This document shows, one piece after another, positions 61,008 to 64,000 of a stretch of DNA of 64,000 nt. Made by a program: the position numbers and the translations under genes. Position 1 is the stretch's first letter, and every line of letters starts with the position of its first letter. The notes under the pieces were generated by a model. That model searched no databases. It was not told the DNA's origin and saw only the letters and a program-made list of their open reading frames with translations. The DNA is from Myxococcota bacterium (GTDB lineage: Bacteria > Myxococcota > XYA12-FULL-58-9 > JABJBS01). The stretch lies in the NCBI GenBank assembly GCA_036339465.1, contig JAYZAY010000054.1, positions 24,872 to 88,871 of the forward strand, read 5' to 3'.

Positions 61008-61500
61008 ATGCCCACCCGGGTTGTTACATCCTCAAGTGTACAAGCTCCGCGGTGTGGAAAAGATGCCGCTCTACCAAATGCTTTAGTCCCATCTAGAAAC
61101 CTTCCGCTGAGAACTTGAATCCACCGGCCAGAGTCTTGCGCACTTTGTGTGGCAAGAGTTTTTCTTCTTTTTTCGGTTGTGTGGCATCATGGTCCACGGC
61201 TTTTCCCGTGTGGTTTGTTTTGGCTGCCGTCCCTAATACCAGGCGGTTTTTTGCTTCAAGGGACGTGAACTTTGCCTAAGCTTTGGCGGTCGTCGGATGG
61301 CTTATTTGGCAGCGCACCTAAGAGGCAGGGTCGAGCCTTTCTTTTCCCGGGTTCCCATGGGGCAATGGGTGCTGTCTTTTTGCGTAGTCCTCCACTGTGG
61401 CCTCTCTTGCGATAGCGACTTCAAAAGTCATTTTCTAAAGCGCTTTACTGGGGAGGTCTTTAGTTTGCAACGCCGCCAAGTCAAAATGAGATCGTCCTAA
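61008..61500 (+). mobile_element. IS91-family transposase pseudogene (N-terminal zinc-binding part)
   Basis: From 61039: YKLRGVEKMPLYQML*SHLETFR*...HFVWQEF...CGIMVHGFSRVVCFGCRP*..FCFKGRELCLSFGGRRMAYLAAHL...PMGQWVLSF; three in-frame stops. Confidence 0.8.
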
Positions 61501-61915
61501 ACTTCGTGCGTGATGAGGTTGCTTGGGGATTCTTCTGACCTAAGCCCTTCGAGATTAAAATAAATGGGTTTTGAGTGTGTGTGAGGCTCTTTGAAACATG
61601 GTGATGGAACGCTGTGTCTTGGCTCGTTTTTCTATTCACTTTTTGACGTTTTTGGTCGAGATTTCGGTTAATGAGTGTTTGTTTTGGGTCTGGCGGTTTA
61701 GAGGAATGAATTTTTTTTGCTCTGCTTAAAAACGAAACAGGGGTTTGATAATCCTAGGCATAGTCAACTTACCAAGGATGCTTCTGATCTAATTTGAGCT
61801 TTAAGTGAGTGGGGATTTTCTATACAGTGACAATTGAAGCTCCTGCCGTGTTTAGGTAGGTTTTGGGCTCTTCGAATCTTCTCTGATATTGCTCGTATGA
61901 CTCTGGAGTCACGTT

Positions 61916-62548
61916 ATGCTTAAGGAAATACTACCACCCATTTTGTTCTTGTTTAGCAGCCTAGTGACAGATCTCGCTTTGGCTTGCTCCAGCGATATGG
62001 AATGTAAGGGGAATCGTGTGTGTGAGGCTTCGCAATGTGTTTCTCCGGTCAGCATTGGTCAACCAGTTTCGGCGAATTCGCCGAACGACGTGGAGCATGA
62101 TGCTAGTTTCAATATGAATGTTTTGGGTTTATTGCAGTTTGGTTTAACTCCCACTTGGGAATGGGGAGGTAGGACTTCGGGGCTATTGCGATTTCGACTG
62201 ACGAATACGGGCGCCTTAAGTTATATTATTGCAGCGGGGGAAGACGAAACCCATTACGGTGGGATTGGGGTAGCCACGGGCTTTAGATATTATGTCCAAG
62301 GGAATCAAAGTGGTTACTATTTTGGTGCTTTGGGGGAATATATCTTTTCTTTGAGTGCCAGTAGCAAGGTTTGGATGACCCACCAAATAGCTCCCCAGAT
62401 CGAAGCAGGTTATCGTTGGCCCGACGTTAATGGGTTTTCTGGTGTGGGGATTTTTGCCGGCGTCGGTATTCCCATAATCGCGAATTACGAAGACACCGAA
62501 ACCATGGTGGTGGCAGGTTTGACCTGGGATTTAGGTTGGTGGTTATAG
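61916..62548 (+). CDS. Outer-membrane beta-barrel protein with an N-terminal Cys motif
   Basis: Signal peptide, CSSDMECKGNRVCEASQC, amphipathic strands (GFRYY, AGYRW) and an aromatic C-terminus. Confidence 0.8.
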   Translation: MLKEILPPILFLFSSLVTDLALACSSDMECKGNRVCEASQCVSPVSIGQPVSANSPNDVEHDASFNMNVLGLLQFGLTPTWEWGGRTSGLLRFRLTNTGALSYIIAAGEDETHYGGIGVATGFRYYVQGNQSGYYFGALGEYIFSLSASSKVWMTHQIAPQIEAGYRWPDVNGFSGVGIFAGVGIPIIANYEDTETMVVAGLTWDLGWWL

Positions 62549-62646
62549 CGGCCTTTTACTGATGGTGCATTCCATGCCCAAAGCCCTCTATGAGACCTTC
62601 AGGGAGTCGCTAAATTTCCTGTTTTTTTCAATTTCGCCATCCTCGA

Positions 62647-63651
62647 TTAGGGTTTCCAGGTCTGCTCGGCAATGCCGTACATATTCAAGCCCACGATTTG
62701 ATCGACCTCCGACTCCGAGAAGCCCAGCTTCGATAGCCCCTCTATAATTTCCGGAAAAGACTCAGGTTGGATAAAGGTCATCTTGGGAAGTTCGGCTTTG
62801 TAATCTTCAGGGGGCCACCAATAATGTGCGTCGAAGTTGGGAGGGGTGTCATCAATACCCTCTTGTTGGAACATGGTGTCGATGCCCAGGCCGACGTGCT
62901 CGGTTCCGATGAGTTCGGCAACGTAGGTGACATGTCGCAGGAGTGGGGCGATACCGAGTTCGCGGGTACCTAAGAAGCGCCCAACCCCATTGAGGCACAC
63001 CACCCCACCGGTCGAGGCACATCCTTTCATTTGTTCATCGGTAATATTTCGTCGATGGTGAAGTAAGGCGTCGGGGTTTGAATGACTAAAGACCACCGGG
63101 GTTTCTGAGCACGCAAAAATATCCAGGGTGGTGGTATAACCGGTGTGAGAAACATCAATAATCATTCCCGCTTGATTAATGGCCGAGACCATACGGCGAC
63201 CGAGGTCGGTCAGCCCGGTATCCTCGTCATGGCAGCCGCCAGCGACGGCGTTGTTGCGGTTGTAGGCCAGATGAATCTGTCTGACGCCCAGGTCATAGTA
63301 GAGTTCGACCATCTCAGGTCTTTCTAGTAGAGGAATTGCTCCCTCGAGATCAAAGGCGATGGCCAGTTTACGGTCTTGGTGGGCACGTTCTACATCGGAA
63401 ATGGACTCAACTTGTATCATTTTAGGGTGGGTCGCAATCTGTTTTCTGAACGAAGAGATCACCGCCATGATTTGCTCGATGGGGTTCATATCCATCCCGA
63501 CATTAACCGATACAAAGGATGTTCCTGAATCGAGGTGTCTCTCCAGAATACCGATATCAACGTCTGGGTGAAGGGGAAGGCAGGTATGGGAATCCCATAT
63601 CAATTTACGCTGCATCGATACCTTCTCGCTGGATGAAAAAAGGGACACCAT
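62647..63651 (-). CDS. Membrane dipeptidase (peptidase M19)
   Basis: DSH, LEG, YNRNN, IIDVSH, SHSN, RNITD and HVGLGID; start may be 63615. Confidence 0.92.
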   Translation of the reverse strand: MVSLFSSSEKVSMQRKLIWDSHTCLPLHPDVDIGILERHLDSGTSFVSVNVGMDMNPIEQIMAVISSFRKQIATHPKMIQVESISDVERAHQDRKLAIAFDLEGAIPLLERPEMVELYYDLGVRQIHLAYNRNNAVAGGCHDEDTGLTDLGRRMVSAINQAGMIIDVSHTGYTTTLDIFACSETPVVFSHSNPDALLHHRRNITDEQMKGCASTGGVVCLNGVGRFLGTRELGIAPLLRHVTYVAELIGTEHVGLGIDTMFQQEGIDDTPPNFDAHYWWPPEDYKAELPKMTFIQPESFPEIIEGLSKLGFSESEVDQIVGLNMYGIAEQTWKP

Positions 63652-63891
63652 GAGAAGGAAAAAGATGACTTGTTTCGGAGTCCATGACTCCTTGATTCTA
63701 CACTGGAACGGGTGTGTTGGGAACTCCTCGTGGTCTGATTTGCGTTTTTCATTTCGGAGTGTATGAGGGTTTTCTTAGGATATGAGACAATTCGAATAAT
63801 CCAAGAGTAGAATCACTACTGGATTGCGCCTTTTCTAGGCACGCTTGCACTCGCCCCGCCTCAAGTATCCTATGATTTAAGTCATACATAC

Positions 63892-64000
63892 CGTTTGTCG
63901 TTTGTCGTGTGTCGTTTGTCGTTTGTCGTTTGTCGTTTGTCGTTTGTCGTTTGTCGTTTGTCGTTTGTCGTTTGTCGTTTGTCGTTTGTCGTTTGTCGTT
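63892..64000. repeat. Heptanucleotide tandem repeat (CGTTTGT)n, at least 15 copies, running off the window
   Basis: Read directly; one variant unit CGTGTGT. Confidence 0.97.

Overview
Bacterial DNA of moderate GC. EGF/Sushi lipoproteins, Cys-motif beta-barrels and the style of the T6SS suggest a Myxococcota-like organism; this is inference only. Bases ~3-29.6 kb hold a near-complete, atypical type VI secretion locus organised like the Francisella pathogenicity island (T6SSii). It has tssB-tssC-hcp-tssK in iglABCD order, tssM-tssJ, tssF-tssL, an iglI-like gene next to tssG, and a VgrG split into a hub gene and a short spike gene 17 kb apart. Accessory genes include a second Hcp paralogue, a ClpB-type ATPase, a PAAR gene with a mini-spike and a methyltransferase, a degenerate acyl-CoA-synthetase-fold protein, a small HTH protein and a receiver-domain protein. 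A PI-PLC gene missing from the ORF track runs off the left edge. The right half is an accessory region: a TonB receptor (probable ATC start) with a transporter-HEAT-cNMP gene and a lipoprotein, a B12 radical SAM enzyme, a zincin/DUF4157-like protein with a lipoprotein partner, an annexin-PLD fusion, an EGF-repeat lipoprotein, a PLP enzyme and a dipeptidase. It also carries decayed Rhs, IS4 and IS91 remnants (an IS3 remnant lies at the left edge of the T6SS), a perfect 20-bp inverted repeat and a 7-bp tandem repeat at the right edge. No rRNA, tRNA or CRISPR array was seen. All family calls come from recognising motifs by eye, not from database searches.
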